Numbered from the stretch's first letter, positions 1 through 8,930 are shown. The stretch is 32,000 nt of DNA from Alkalilimnicola ehrlichii MLHE-1 (GCF_000014785.1 NC_008340.1:120001-152000), one strand, 5' to 3'. Numbers and translations: made by a program. The notes: generated by a model not told the origin, from the letters alone.

Positions 1-92
1 CACAACGATAAGTCGGAAATGTTTACAGTTCGGTATCCAATACCATGGGGCAAGTCGGGCATAAGCTTGATTGTGCCCGTTTTTCAGGGTGT

Positions 93-107
93 CGGAACGC
101 ATCTTGC
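93..107 (+). promoter_or_regulatory. candidate sigma-54 (-24/-12) promoter for the PEP-CTERM protein gene
   Basis: cGGaaCG-catc-TTGCc. GG (94-95) and GC (106-107) are separated by exactly 10 nt, as in consensus TGGCACG-N4-TTGCW. Lies 52 nt upstream of ATG 159. Confidence 0.35.
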
Positions 108-158
108 CCCCTCAGTTGTCGAATCGAATCGGTTTGTTGCAGTACGGGGGAAGCAAGC

Positions 159-977
159 ATGCGTTTCACAACCACCTGCGCCGCGGTAGCCCTGGTCAGC
201 GGTTCGTTGATGGGCTTGCCCGCCCACGCTACGGTGATCACCTACGAGTGGTCGGCGGCGGACATGATAAGCAACGTCTTTGTCGACGGAGAGGATGGCA
301 CCAAGGCCGCTGAGAACGGGCTGTTCGCCGGGGCCACCCGCCTGCGGGACGGGAGCAGTACCGGTGAGGGCGCAGCCCGGACCTACGTGGAGAGTCAGCA
401 CGGTCAGTTCATAGAGCGTTACAACTTTCTGGCGCGAGAGGGCGAGACCCTGACCAGCTTCAATCTCTGGGGACTGGATGGGCGCGGCGTACAGTGGGGT
501 GAGGACTACAAGCCCCTGGCTTGGGTCGATGTGACAGCACCCGATGGCTGGAGCACCGGCTTCTTTGATGCGGGGCCCGATGGCCTGGGCTGGTTCCAGA
601 ATACCAATCCGGATCTGGGCAACTACCTGGCTTACAACACCCCGCTGTTCCCCTGGTTTTCGGCCCCCGAGGATGGAGGGCTTCCCCTGGTCGATGACGG
701 GACCTTTGACTCCCTGATGTTCTCGGCCACCATCGAGTTTGATCCTGACGACGCCTTTTGGGGCGAGGACACGTTTGGGGCGCCGAACGATATCAACTCC
801 GTGCTGACCGCCTATTTCGGCGGCAATCTCTCCAGCGGGGATATGCTGGAGGGGAACATGGCGCTACGTACGGCCGTGCCCGAGCCCGGGACCTGGCTGC
901 TGATGGGCATGGGGCTGTTGGCCATGGGTTGGATGGTCCGGCGACGCCGGCCATCGGCGGGCGCTCAGGGCGCTTGA
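159..977 (+). CDS. secreted PEP-CTERM sorting-domain protein (putative exosortase substrate)
   Basis: Within ORF 45-977. ATG 159 is preceded by GGGGGAAG. Signal-peptide-like N-terminus MRFTTTCAAVALVSGSLMGLPAHA. C-terminus VPEPGTWLLMGMGLLAMGWMVRRRRP (nt 876-953) = PEP motif + TM helix + Arg cluster. Confidence 0.85.
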   Translation: MRFTTTCAAVALVSGSLMGLPAHATVITYEWSAADMISNVFVDGEDGTKAAENGLFAGATRLRDGSSTGEGAARTYVESQHGQFIERYNFLAREGETLTSFNLWGLDGRGVQWGEDYKPLAWVDVTAPDGWSTGFFDAGPDGLGWFQNTNPDLGNYLAYNTPLFPWFSAPEDGGLPLVDDGTFDSLMFSATIEFDPDDAFWGEDTFGAPNDINSVLTAYFGGNLSSGDMLEGNMALRTAVPEPGTWLLMGMGLLAMGWMVRRRRPSAGAQGA

Positions 978-1010
978 TTCCGCCCATTGCCAGGGCCGGT
1001 GCACAGTGAC

Positions 1011-1071
1011 GTATAGCCTGGTCGGATGCAGCGGACAGATTCCCGACACATACTAGGGGGCCAGGCTATAC
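1011..1071 (+). repeat. perfect 11-bp inverted repeat forming a long stem-loop between the PEP-CTERM gene and wecB
   Basis: GTATAGCCTGG (1011-1021) and CCAGGCTATAC (1061-1071), with a nested GTCGG (1021-1025) / CCGAC (1043-1047) stem. No T-tract follows. Confidence 0.4.
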
Positions 1072-1113
1072 CGATCACGTCCGCTTTAGGACGGAAACGA
1101 CACGAGGCCCTGA

Positions 1114-2268
1114 ATGCCCAGTAAGCGACAGTGTGACATCCTCTGCATCGTGGGCGCCCGCCCGAACTTCATGAAGATCGCCCCGGTCATGCGGGCGTTG
1201 CAGGCGCAGGGCATCCCGGCGCGGCTGGTGCACACCGGACAGCACTACGATGCGGAGATGAACGAGCGCTTCTTCGCCGACCTGGGCATCCCCCACCCGG
1301 ACATCAACCTGGAGGTGGGCTCCGCCAGCCACGCCGTGCAGACGGCGGAGGTCATGCGTCGCTTCGAGCCGGTGGTGGACGAGCTGCAGCCGCGGGCGGT
1401 GCTGGTGGTGGGGGATGTCAACTCCACCATCGCCTGTGCCCTGGTCGCGGCCAAGAAAGGGGTCGGTGTCATCCACGTGGAGGCGGGCCTGCGCAGCTAC
1501 GACCGCGCCATGCCCGAGGAGATCAACCGGGTGCTCACCGACCAGATCTCCGACCTGCTCTTCACCACCGAGCGCCACGCCGAGGCCAACCTGGCCCGCG
1601 AGGGGATCGATACCGGGCGGGTGCACTTTGTGGGCAACGTGATGATCGATACCTTGCGCCACAACCTGGAACGGGCCGTGCCGTGGCAGGAGGCCCTTGC
1701 CGCCGCGGGTGTGGACCTGACCCCCTTCCAGCGCGCCGGGGGCTACGGCGCGGTTACCCTGCACCGGCCGTCGAACGTGGATGAGCCCGCGGTGTTGCGC
1801 CGGGTGACCGAGACCCTGATCGGGGTCTCGCGGGACCTGCCGCTGGTGTTTCCGGTGCATCCGCGCACCCGAGCCCGGCTTGAGGCCTTCGGCCTGCTGC
1901 CGGCCCTGGCGTCCGAGCCCCGCATCGCCCTCCTGCCGCCGGCGGGCTACCTGGAGATGCTCGGGCTGATGCGCGACGCCCGGGTGGTGCTCACCGACTC
2001 CGGCGGTATGCAGGAGGAGACCACCGCCCTGGGCGTGCCCTGCATCACCCTGCGCGAGAACACCGAGCGCCCGATCACCCTGGACGAGGGCACCAACGTC
2101 CTGGTGGGCAACGACCCCGGGCGCATCCTGGCTGCGTTTAACGAGGTCCTGGGCGGCGGGGGCAAGCAGGGCCGGGTACCGGACTACTGGGACGGCCGGG
2201 CCGCCGAGCGCATCGTCGAGGTGCTGGCGGACTGGCTGGCGCGGGAACAGCCCGCGGCCGCCGGCTAG
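1114..2268 (+). CDS. wecB: UDP-N-acetylglucosamine 2-epimerase (non-hydrolysing)
   Basis: 384 aa. Motifs ILCIVGARPNFMKIAPV, HVEAGLRSYD, LTDSGGMQEE are typical of the WecB/MnaA epimerase family. Confidence 0.9.
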   Translation: MPSKRQCDILCIVGARPNFMKIAPVMRALQAQGIPARLVHTGQHYDAEMNERFFADLGIPHPDINLEVGSASHAVQTAEVMRRFEPVVDELQPRAVLVVGDVNSTIACALVAAKKGVGVIHVEAGLRSYDRAMPEEINRVLTDQISDLLFTTERHAEANLAREGIDTGRVHFVGNVMIDTLRHNLERAVPWQEALAAAGVDLTPFQRAGGYGAVTLHRPSNVDEPAVLRRVTETLIGVSRDLPLVFPVHPRTRARLEAFGLLPALASEPRIALLPPAGYLEMLGLMRDARVVLTDSGGMQEETTALGVPCITLRENTERPITLDEGTNVLVGNDPGRILAAFNEVLGGGGKQGRVPDYWDGRAAERIVEVLADWLAREQPAAAG

Positions 2269-2274
2269 ACCAGG

Positions 2275-3231
2275 GTGGCCATGGTGCTGCGGTCGCTGCT
2301 GTCACTGCTGTCCCCGGGAGGCGCCCGCGGGCGGCTGTCGATCCTGATCTATCATCGGGTGCTGCCGGCGCCGGACCCGCTGCTGCCGGGCGAGCCGGAC
2401 GCGGCACGCTTTCAGTGGCAGATGCAGCTGCTGGCACGCCACTTCAATCCCCTGCCGCTGGCCGAGGCGGTGCGGCGGCTGCGCGACGGCACCCTGCCCC
2501 CCCGGGCCGCTTGCGTGACCTTCGATGACGGCTACGCCGACAACGCCGAGGTGGCCCTGCCCCTCCTGCGCTCGGTGGGCGTGCCCGCCACCTTCTTCAT
2601 CGCCGTCGGGTACCTCAATGGCGGTCGTATGTTCAATGACACCCTGATCGAGACCGTGCGCCGGCTGCCCGAGGGCGAGGTCGACCTGACGCCGGAGGGG
2701 CTGGGGCGGCGGCGCGTCGCCTCCGACAGCGACCGGATCGCGCTCTGCAAGGCATTGATCGGGCAGTTCAAGTACCAGCCGCCGGCGGTGCGGAACCGCG
2801 GGGTGGAGGCCCTGCCCGAGCGTTTGGGCATCACGGTCCCGGACGACCTGATGATGACCAGCGGCCAGTTGCGCGGCCTGGCCGACGCCGGCATGGAGAT
2901 CGGCGGGCATACCCTCACCCACCCCATCCTGGCCCGGCAGTCCGCCCCGGAAGCGCGGCAGGAGATCGAGGCGGGGCGGGAGGCGCTGGAGGGTATGCTG
3001 GGCCAGCGCGTCCGGCTGTTCGCCTACCCCAACGGCCGGCCGGGAACCGACTATGCCCCCGAGCACGTGGACATGGTGCGCGACTGCGGCTTCGAGGCGG
3101 CCGTCTCCACCGCGGCCGGCGCCGCCGGCCCCGCCTCCGATCCCTACCAGCTACCGCGCTTCACCCCCTGGGACCGCACCCCCGGCCGTTTCGCCCTGCG
3201 CCTGGCCCGCAACCTCGCCGGGCGCGCCTGA
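2275..3231 (+). CDS. polysaccharide deacetylase (NodB homology domain)
   Basis: 318 aa. Motifs VTFDDGYADN, PATFFI, GGHTLTHP, LFAYPNG. Start is GTG 2275 or ATG 2281. Confidence 0.85.
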   Translation: MAMVLRSLLSLLSPGGARGRLSILIYHRVLPAPDPLLPGEPDAARFQWQMQLLARHFNPLPLAEAVRRLRDGTLPPRAACVTFDDGYADNAEVALPLLRSVGVPATFFIAVGYLNGGRMFNDTLIETVRRLPEGEVDLTPEGLGRRRVASDSDRIALCKALIGQFKYQPPAVRNRGVEALPERLGITVPDDLMMTSGQLRGLADAGMEIGGHTLTHPILARQSAPEARQEIEAGREALEGMLGQRVRLFAYPNGRPGTDYAPEHVDMVRDCGFEAAVSTAAGAAGPASDPYQLPRFTPWDRTPGRFALRLARNLAGRA

Positions 3232-3254
3232 ACGGGCCCGTGACGGCAGACTGC

Positions 3255-3758
3255 TCAGAAGGGCACCTGCGGCGGCGTCCACTCCGGCCCCCGCGGCTGG
3301 GCCCTCGCGATGGCAGCGGCGGCATCGTCCCAGCCGTCAAAGGCGTTCCGGCCCGGACGGCCGCGGTAGCGGTTCAGCAGCGCCTTGCAGTGGGCGTAGA
3401 AGCGGAAAAAGCGCTCCACACGCCGCAACTCCGCTGCGGTGGGTGGATGGTGGCCGCAGACCAGCTTGTCGTCGGTCATGCCCCGGTCTGTCAGGGCGAT
3501 CGAGGCGTAGGCGCGCACCGAGACCCGGCGGCCCAGCGGCAGCCGGGGCCCGAGCACCAGGGCATCCAGCAGATCGCCCTCGCGCCCGATAAACGCCGGG
3601 ACCGCGCCGTAGTTGAACGGGCAGGGCAGCGGGGAGACGAAGTCGATCTCCCCGGTGGAGCCGCGTTTGAGGAAGCTCCAGCGGGGGACTTCGATGAGTA
3701 CGGTCACCGTGGGTGTCGTCTCATCCGCGGTGGCGCTGGGCCGGGCCGGGTTGCGCAT
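3255..3758 (-). CDS. divergent family-I inorganic pyrophosphatase-like protein
   Basis: Internal ATG at 3758 of ORF 3255-3887. VLIEVPRWS, PFNYGAVP, EGDLLDALVL, LTDRGMTDDKLV and RFFRFY align by eye to PPase blocks (IEIP, NYG, DGDPxDxLV, DExxxDxK, HFFxxYK). Confidence 0.65.
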   Translation of the reverse strand: MRNPARPSATADETTPTVTVLIEVPRWSFLKRGSTGEIDFVSPLPCPFNYGAVPAFIGREGDLLDALVLGPRLPLGRRVSVRAYASIALTDRGMTDDKLVCGHHPPTAAELRRVERFFRFYAHCKALLNRYRGRPGRNAFDGWDDAAAAIARAQPRGPEWTPPQVPF

Positions 3759-3843
3759 AAGCCGCCATAGGGTTACGGGAAATGTGCGGGGTGATGGACT
3801 ACCCTGCTTGAGTTGAACCGCCTCCAGCCGAGGAGAGTTGCAG

Positions 3844-4848
3844 ATGCCCACCCGGGTGCACATCACCGTCGACACCGAGTTCAACATCGCCGGCGCGTTT
3901 CGGGACCCGCAGGCTCACCAGCCCGTGGGCCCGCCGTCGGTGTACTGCAACATCGATGGACGGTCCGAGGGCCTGGGCCACCTGCTGGACACCCTGGAGG
4001 CGCACGGCCTACGCGGGACATTCTACGTCGAAACCTTGAACACCTGCTTCTTCGGCGACGAACCCATGGGGGCCATCGCCCGCGAGATCGCCGGACGGGG
4101 GCACGATGTGCAACTGCACCTGCACCCCTGCTGGACCTATTTCGAGCATGAGGACTGGCCGGAGCGGCTGGCCCACGACCCGCCCAGCGACGATGTAACC
4201 CGGCGCAGCGTGGAGGAGCTGGTGGCGTTGATCGAGCGGGGCCGGGCGACCTTCCGCCGCTGGGGCCTGCCGGCACCCACGGTGCTGCGCACCGGCGGGC
4301 TGAAGGTGGGCCTGAACGTCTACCAGGCCATGCGCCGGGCGGGCATGCGGGTGGCCTCGAACATCGGCCTGGCCATCTACCGCCCGGCGGAGCCGGAGCT
4401 GCAACTACTGGCCGGGTGCCACGATATCGACGGGGTGCTGGAGTTTCCGGTGACCACCTACACGGACTTCCGCCTCGGCCAGCGCAGCCACTACAAGACG
4501 CTGACCATCACCGGCAGCTCCTGGCCGGAGATGCGTCGCCTCCTGACCCAGGCGCGGGATCGGGGGTTGAGCGACGTGGTGGTGCTGACCCACCCGTTTG
4601 AATTCATCAAGCATCGGGATACCCGCTACCGGGCGTTGTGTGTTGATCGGGTCAATAGGCAGCGGCTAGAACGCCTCTGCAGCTTTGTTTCGGCTGAACC
4701 GGGCCTGGAGTCGGTTTGCACCGGTGGGGTAACAGGTGCTGGCGGGTCTTCTGGTGATGAGCGGACATTAGTGCCCCTGGCAGTGCCTCTGCGATATGTG
4801 TTGCCCCGCATGGTGGTCAACAGGATCAACCAAGTTGCGTGTTGGTAA
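3844..4848 (+). CDS. putative polysaccharide deacetylase / CE4-like hydrolase
   Basis: ORF 3838-4848. ATG 3844 lies 6 nt after SD AGGAGAG (3831-3837). Motifs HITVDTEF, HDVQLHLHP, LTHPFEF suggest a metal-dependent deacetylase-like fold. Family call is tentative. Confidence 0.55.
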   Translation: MPTRVHITVDTEFNIAGAFRDPQAHQPVGPPSVYCNIDGRSEGLGHLLDTLEAHGLRGTFYVETLNTCFFGDEPMGAIAREIAGRGHDVQLHLHPCWTYFEHEDWPERLAHDPPSDDVTRRSVEELVALIERGRATFRRWGLPAPTVLRTGGLKVGLNVYQAMRRAGMRVASNIGLAIYRPAEPELQLLAGCHDIDGVLEFPVTTYTDFRLGQRSHYKTLTITGSSWPEMRRLLTQARDRGLSDVVVLTHPFEFIKHRDTRYRALCVDRVNRQRLERLCSFVSAEPGLESVCTGGVTGAGGSSGDERTLVPLAVPLRYVLPRMVVNRINQVACW

Positions 4849-6005
4849 TGAGATTGAGCGTGATGACAACGTTGGCACAGAAAACACCGCCCTCGGGCCA
4901 ATGGCGCCTCATCCCTCATTCGGAGGCCGCGTCACAAACCGTAAAGGGAGCACCTTTGGGCCAAATGTTGGACCACGACTTGGACTGGCTGACGGCAACG
5001 GCTCATCCCTCGCACGGCGAGGTGGGGCAGTTCGTCTCCGGCGATCATTATCTGCCGTTCTATGCTCACGATGGTGGTTTGGGTTTCTTACTGGCCGGCT
5101 TCGCTTTAGGGCGCATTCCGATCCGACGATACGTCATCAGCGGCAATTTGCCGTATTTGTCGAAGCCAGAGGCGGCAGAGGTGCTTTGCCTCCTGCGGCG
5201 GGAGCTTGGTAGCCGAGGCGTGCTATTCCTAATAGGCGTCGTTGAAGGTGAGCCCCTCTGGCAGGCGTTGCGAGAGCCAATAGTGCGAAGGCACTACCGC
5301 GTGTTGCAAAGTGGTGGGTTGGAAACGCGTCGGCTGGCGTGCTTTCCAGAGGGTTTTGATGCCTACCTGGCAAGTCTGCCCAGAAGAAGGCGTCAGGATT
5401 TGCGACGGAGCGAGCGGCGTTTTTTACGGCGATTTCCCGGCTGGTCTCTTGGGGTGTATACCGAGCCCGAGCTGTTGGGCCGTTTCCTAGGTCAGGTTGA
5501 GCCGGTTTCTTTGAGGACGTACCAAAGCCGATTACACGGTCTGGGGATAACTGAAACCGGTTGGATTGCCAGGAAAGTGCGGGCCGGTGCCCGCCTGGGC
5601 AAGGCTCGTTGTTACGCCCTCTTCGTCGATGGCCAGCCAGTTGCCTGGCGTATCGGGTTTGTTCATGGTGGCATCTACTACAGCCACCACATCGGCTATG
5701 ACCCGAGGCTGGCACAGTGGCACCCCGGCATTGTACTCCAGTTGAAAGTGATCGAGGATCTTTGTCAGCTCACGCCGGCCGTCAGCGAACTCGACATGTT
5801 GTATGGGGATAACCCCGTCAAAGAAAAGCTCAGCAACGCTTGCCGTCGGGAGGGGAAATTTTACCTGTTCCCGAATAACCTCAAGGGGAACCTAAGCTTT
5901 GCGGCATTGAGAGGCTTCAATGCCTTTTCGGACGGCGTTTCAGGCCTTGCAGACTGGCTCCGTATCAAGGAGCGTCTGCGGCGTCGCCTGCGCCGCGCGG
6001 TTTGA
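4848..6005 (+). CDS. GNAT-fold acyltransferase, CelD/BcsL- or FemAB-like (PEP-CTERM-locus type)
   Basis: ORF 4839-6005. ATG 4848 overlaps the preceding stop (TAATG). C-terminal half (GQPVAWRIGFVHGGIYYSHHIGYDP...HPGIVLQLKVIEDL...DMLYGDNPVKEK) has the same architecture as the 6691-7692 product. Confidence 0.65.
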   Translation: MRLSVMTTLAQKTPPSGQWRLIPHSEAASQTVKGAPLGQMLDHDLDWLTATAHPSHGEVGQFVSGDHYLPFYAHDGGLGFLLAGFALGRIPIRRYVISGNLPYLSKPEAAEVLCLLRRELGSRGVLFLIGVVEGEPLWQALREPIVRRHYRVLQSGGLETRRLACFPEGFDAYLASLPRRRRQDLRRSERRFLRRFPGWSLGVYTEPELLGRFLGQVEPVSLRTYQSRLHGLGITETGWIARKVRAGARLGKARCYALFVDGQPVAWRIGFVHGGIYYSHHIGYDPRLAQWHPGIVLQLKVIEDLCQLTPAVSELDMLYGDNPVKEKLSNACRREGKFYLFPNNLKGNLSFAALRGFNAFSDGVSGLADWLRIKERLRRRLRRAV

Positions 6006-6657
6006 TGGACGGCGAGACCTTTAAGCCGACACGACGCACTCCCGGTGTCGCCAGTAACCGCCCGCTCCGTGTCGCCAGAATCATGGCCTCGCACCGCCAT
6101 CCCGCGCAGCGAAATGAGGCACGGGACGCCATATTCGTTGATCGGATGTGGCACAATCCTCGTGCGAATCCCTCGTCAACCAAAACTGAAAAAGTAGAAT
6201 TCATAAGCTTGCGAGCATACCCCCTATCACGGTGTTCGGGCGCAGTGTAAAGGAAGCTGATAAAGAATGCGTCAGGCGCCAGCTCGAACTCTAACGGTAC
6301 GGGAGTGGATACGGGGAACGTGCCAAAATTTACGTTCAGTTGCGCTAAGATCCCATCGGGACCTTTCAGAGCATAAATGCGCCCGCCATTTGAGATTATT
6401 CTTGCTGGCGCGCGACCGCTATGCCGTGCTAGATAGTCTATTTTTTCTTTAGGTAATGCATCCAGATCACTTTCTTTGGTTAGAGTAACAAGCCTACTGG
6501 AAAATGCGGCCTTGTCGTCTTCCCTAGAGCTTGTCACGGTTTCCAGGGGGTTGTTTGAAGCGTATACGTAGTGGACCAAAATCCGGGCTGCGTGCTTCAG
6601 TAACCAGGTTCCGACCGCATCTAAAAATAAACCAGCTCTCCGCAACCGGTGACGCAT
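5965..6657 (-). CDS. small GNAT-family N-acetyltransferase
   Basis: 230 aa. FLYTAPEHRDRGYARKLM (acyl-CoA-binding-type motif) followed by CHIRSTNMASRASFRCAGW. Its 3' end overlaps the convergent 4848-6005 gene by 41 nt. Confidence 0.65.
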   Translation of the reverse strand: MRHRLRRAGLFLDAVGTWLLKHAARILVHYVYASNNPLETVTSSREDDKAAFSSRLVTLTKESDLDALPKEKIDYLARHSGRAPARIISNGGRIYALKGPDGILAQLNVNFGTFPVSTPVPLEFELAPDAFFISFLYTAPEHRDRGYARKLMNSTFSVLVDEGFARGLCHIRSTNMASRASFRCAGWRCEAMILATRSGRLLATPGVRRVGLKVSPSIKPRGAGDAADAP

Positions 6658-6690
6658 TGGCGCCCTCCTGAAGTCTTGTAAGTGTTTTGT

Positions 6691-7692
6691 TTACCGGCCT
6701 CGCAATGATCGTCTTATTCGGTCCTTTAATCCGGCTTGATCAAGAAACCAGGAGAGGCCTTCGGAAAGTGTCAGGCTGGATAAGTTTAGCACTACGGCCG
6801 CAATGGTTTTGGGAGTTAGCTTAAGCCAATATATATCGCCACAGACTCTGCAATGGCTTCCGAAGAATGCTTTGTGAGGGGCGTCTCCCTCGCAGAAATC
6901 GAAGTATTGAAAGCGTCCCTCTTTAAACAAATTATCTAGTGCTAGCCATTGTAATATCGTTCCTGGAGAGAGAGTTGCGGCGTTGGGTTTGTACCCCAAG
7001 AAACGGTATCGTAAAACGCCATCCTGAGCTGGGCAGTATAGGTAAGCAACAGGATCGCCAGAATGAAAAAGGAGAAAACCCCTTACTTGGTCATTCTGGG
7101 CTAAAGAAATGGCGGCATCGTAGAATTCCTGGCTATCAGGCAAAGCAGCACCTAGCAGTCGCTTTTGGTAACTGACGTCCGCCACTCCTCTCGCCAACTC
7201 AAGGAATCTTCTTATTTCATTCTCCGTCTTGTAGCACCGCCATTCCAACTCTCCCTCAGATGCCTTTTCGAACTTACGAATCTTTCGGCGAATGCTTTGT
7301 CGCGACTTTCCGGAAAAGGTGTGCAGGTAGGTTTCCCAGCCTTGAGATAAGTCAATGTAGTGTCGCCGATAAACTCGTGGGACGTACCGGATAAAACCTT
7401 TGTCAAGACTAAGGCGTGGGAACTCAGGTGCTTCCGGACTGGACCGTGCCAAAAATCCATGCGGACCCATTCTCTCCGGGTTTCTTCTTCCTTTTTTGTC
7501 GTGAATAAAAAGCGACTTATCTACGGATAATCGTAGCGTGATGCCGCCGAGGGTAAATCCGGCGAAGTGAACCGGTAGTCGAATTCTCTCTACAGGCGGG
7601 CTATTTCTCATTGCGGGGAACCGTTGCGTTGTTTTGTTCGAAATTGTTGAGTGATTGGGGTGAATTATAGCAGGTGGTTGCGATGTTTTCAT
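6691..7692 (-). CDS. GNAT-fold acyltransferase, CelD/BcsL- or FemAB-like (paralogue type of 4848-6005)
   Basis: ORF 6691-7722 (TTG). First ATG at 7692. SRQSIRRKIRKFEK, GDPVAYLYCPAQDGVLRYRFLGYKP, SPGTILQWLALDNLFKEGRFQYFDFCEGDAPHK. Confidence 0.65.
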   Translation of the reverse strand: MKTSQPPAIIHPNHSTISNKTTQRFPAMRNSPPVERIRLPVHFAGFTLGGITLRLSVDKSLFIHDKKGRRNPERMGPHGFLARSSPEAPEFPRLSLDKGFIRYVPRVYRRHYIDLSQGWETYLHTFSGKSRQSIRRKIRKFEKASEGELEWRCYKTENEIRRFLELARGVADVSYQKRLLGAALPDSQEFYDAAISLAQNDQVRGFLLFHSGDPVAYLYCPAQDGVLRYRFLGYKPNAATLSPGTILQWLALDNLFKEGRFQYFDFCEGDAPHKAFFGSHCRVCGDIYWLKLTPKTIAAVVLNLSSLTLSEGLSWFLDQAGLKDRIRRSLRGR

Positions 7693-7749
7693 TGCATGCC
7701 CGCATCCATTTCGGCGAAGCAATTGTGATCCTGGTGCGTTACAAAAAAG

Positions 7750-8769
7750 CTAGGTATTTTTTGCTCCAATGGCTTTCTTTCCCAAGATACGAATAACATT
7801 GGGTAGAATAAATGCGGCCCCGTAGGGGTCATGCCGTAGAGTGGATCTCACGCAGCCCCAATTCAATGGCTTTCGATGGCGAATATTATGCAATATTGTG
7901 GCCACAAACGCTCTACGAAACTCAGAAAGCTCACGGCACACATGACCTCTTTGTCGTGACGTTAAGTCGATTTCGTTCAGGATCATCGTGGACATTTTTA
8001 TGTAGCTAGAAGTAAGTCGTAGGTGTCCTTCTGTCTGCCATCCGGACTTGTCCAGCACATTTACTCCCTCTCCTTCTTCAGCGTAAACCTTTGGAGAGAA
8101 CGCTATGCTTTTTAGCCTTTTGCTTAGCCGCAATTTAAACAGCCGATCTTCTCCCTGAAATAGATGTTCCGGGAAGCGTAACGAGGGAAATTTGTCTATT
8201 CTATACGCCATGGCCGTCGCGCTTACTAAGTTGCTCCGGAAGACCATCAGGTCAAAAAAGTCGCCCCGAAAATTATAAATATCTCGCTTCTGGTTTATTA
8301 GGGTGTGCTTGTGTGGCTCGATGTTTCGAGAAGAGTCCTTGCTCCAGGAAAAACGGGGTTTACTACCTTTTCTTCTTGTGTTACCAATAAAGAGTTCGCA
8401 TTCTCTTTGCAGCGCCCAGACGGCGTCTGGAAGAAATTGCTCGACCCAACAATCATCCGAGTCTAGGAAAGTCGCGAATCGTGTGCCGCCGGAAACATGG
8501 TCCAGTCCTGTGTTTCGTGCAGCGGCAGGCCCTGAGTTTTTTTGACGTATAATGGTCAAACTGATGCCGTCATGGAGGTCGCCGACCTCGTCCTGAGCCG
8601 GTATCGGAGAACCATCATCTACGATGATGATTAACGGGTCGACATCACCTTTGGTATCCAGCACTGAGCGCACACACTGCCGCAACAGGCCTGGCTGCCG
8701 CTGGAAATAAGGTATGATGACAGCAATTTTCCGGTCGGTCGTAGCCAATTCGGTTCTCCGGGATAGCAT
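7750..8769 (-). CDS. family-2 (GT-A) glycosyltransferase
   Basis: 339 aa. IAVIIPYFQR, IIIVDDGSP, AARNTGLDH, FLDSDD (DxD). Confidence 0.85.
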   Translation of the reverse strand: MLSRRTELATTDRKIAVIIPYFQRQPGLLRQCVRSVLDTKGDVDPLIIIVDDGSPIPAQDEVGDLHDGISLTIIRQKNSGPAAARNTGLDHVSGGTRFATFLDSDDCWVEQFLPDAVWALQRECELFIGNTRRKGSKPRFSWSKDSSRNIEPHKHTLINQKRDIYNFRGDFFDLMVFRSNLVSATAMAYRIDKFPSLRFPEHLFQGEDRLFKLRLSKRLKSIAFSPKVYAEEGEGVNVLDKSGWQTEGHLRLTSSYIKMSTMILNEIDLTSRQRGHVCRELSEFRRAFVATILHNIRHRKPLNWGCVRSTLRHDPYGAAFILPNVIRILGKKAIGAKNT

Positions 8770-8915
8770 CGGTTCTGAGTTATAGTGTTTTGGGTAAACG
8801 AGCTCCTGAGGTGGAGTCCTTCTCAGGAATTATGATGCAGCATCGGATGTATCTCCACCGGTATCGTGGCTGCCGCAACTTTTCGCGATGAGTGAGCGGC
8901 AACCGGAGCGTGCTC

Positions 8916-8930
8916 CCCAAGTTGGACAGT
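8916..8930. repeat. 15-nt exact copy of the IS1634-element terminal-IR core
   Basis: CCCAAGTTGGACAGT at 8916-8930 equals the reverse complement of 28107-28121 (right IR of the IS1634 element). Confidence 0.6.

Noticed and set aside
3232-3241. Palindrome ACGGGCCCGT between the convergent deacetylase and PPase-like genes, considered as a bidirectional terminator
   Set aside because: The stem is only 4-5 bp with no flanking T/A tracts, which is too weak to call.
3053-3770. Plus-strand ORFs 3053-3592 and 3240-3770 overlapping the pyrophosphatase-like gene
   Set aside because: They are Ala/Pro/Arg-rich with no motifs, whereas the minus-strand frame carries recognisable PPase blocks.
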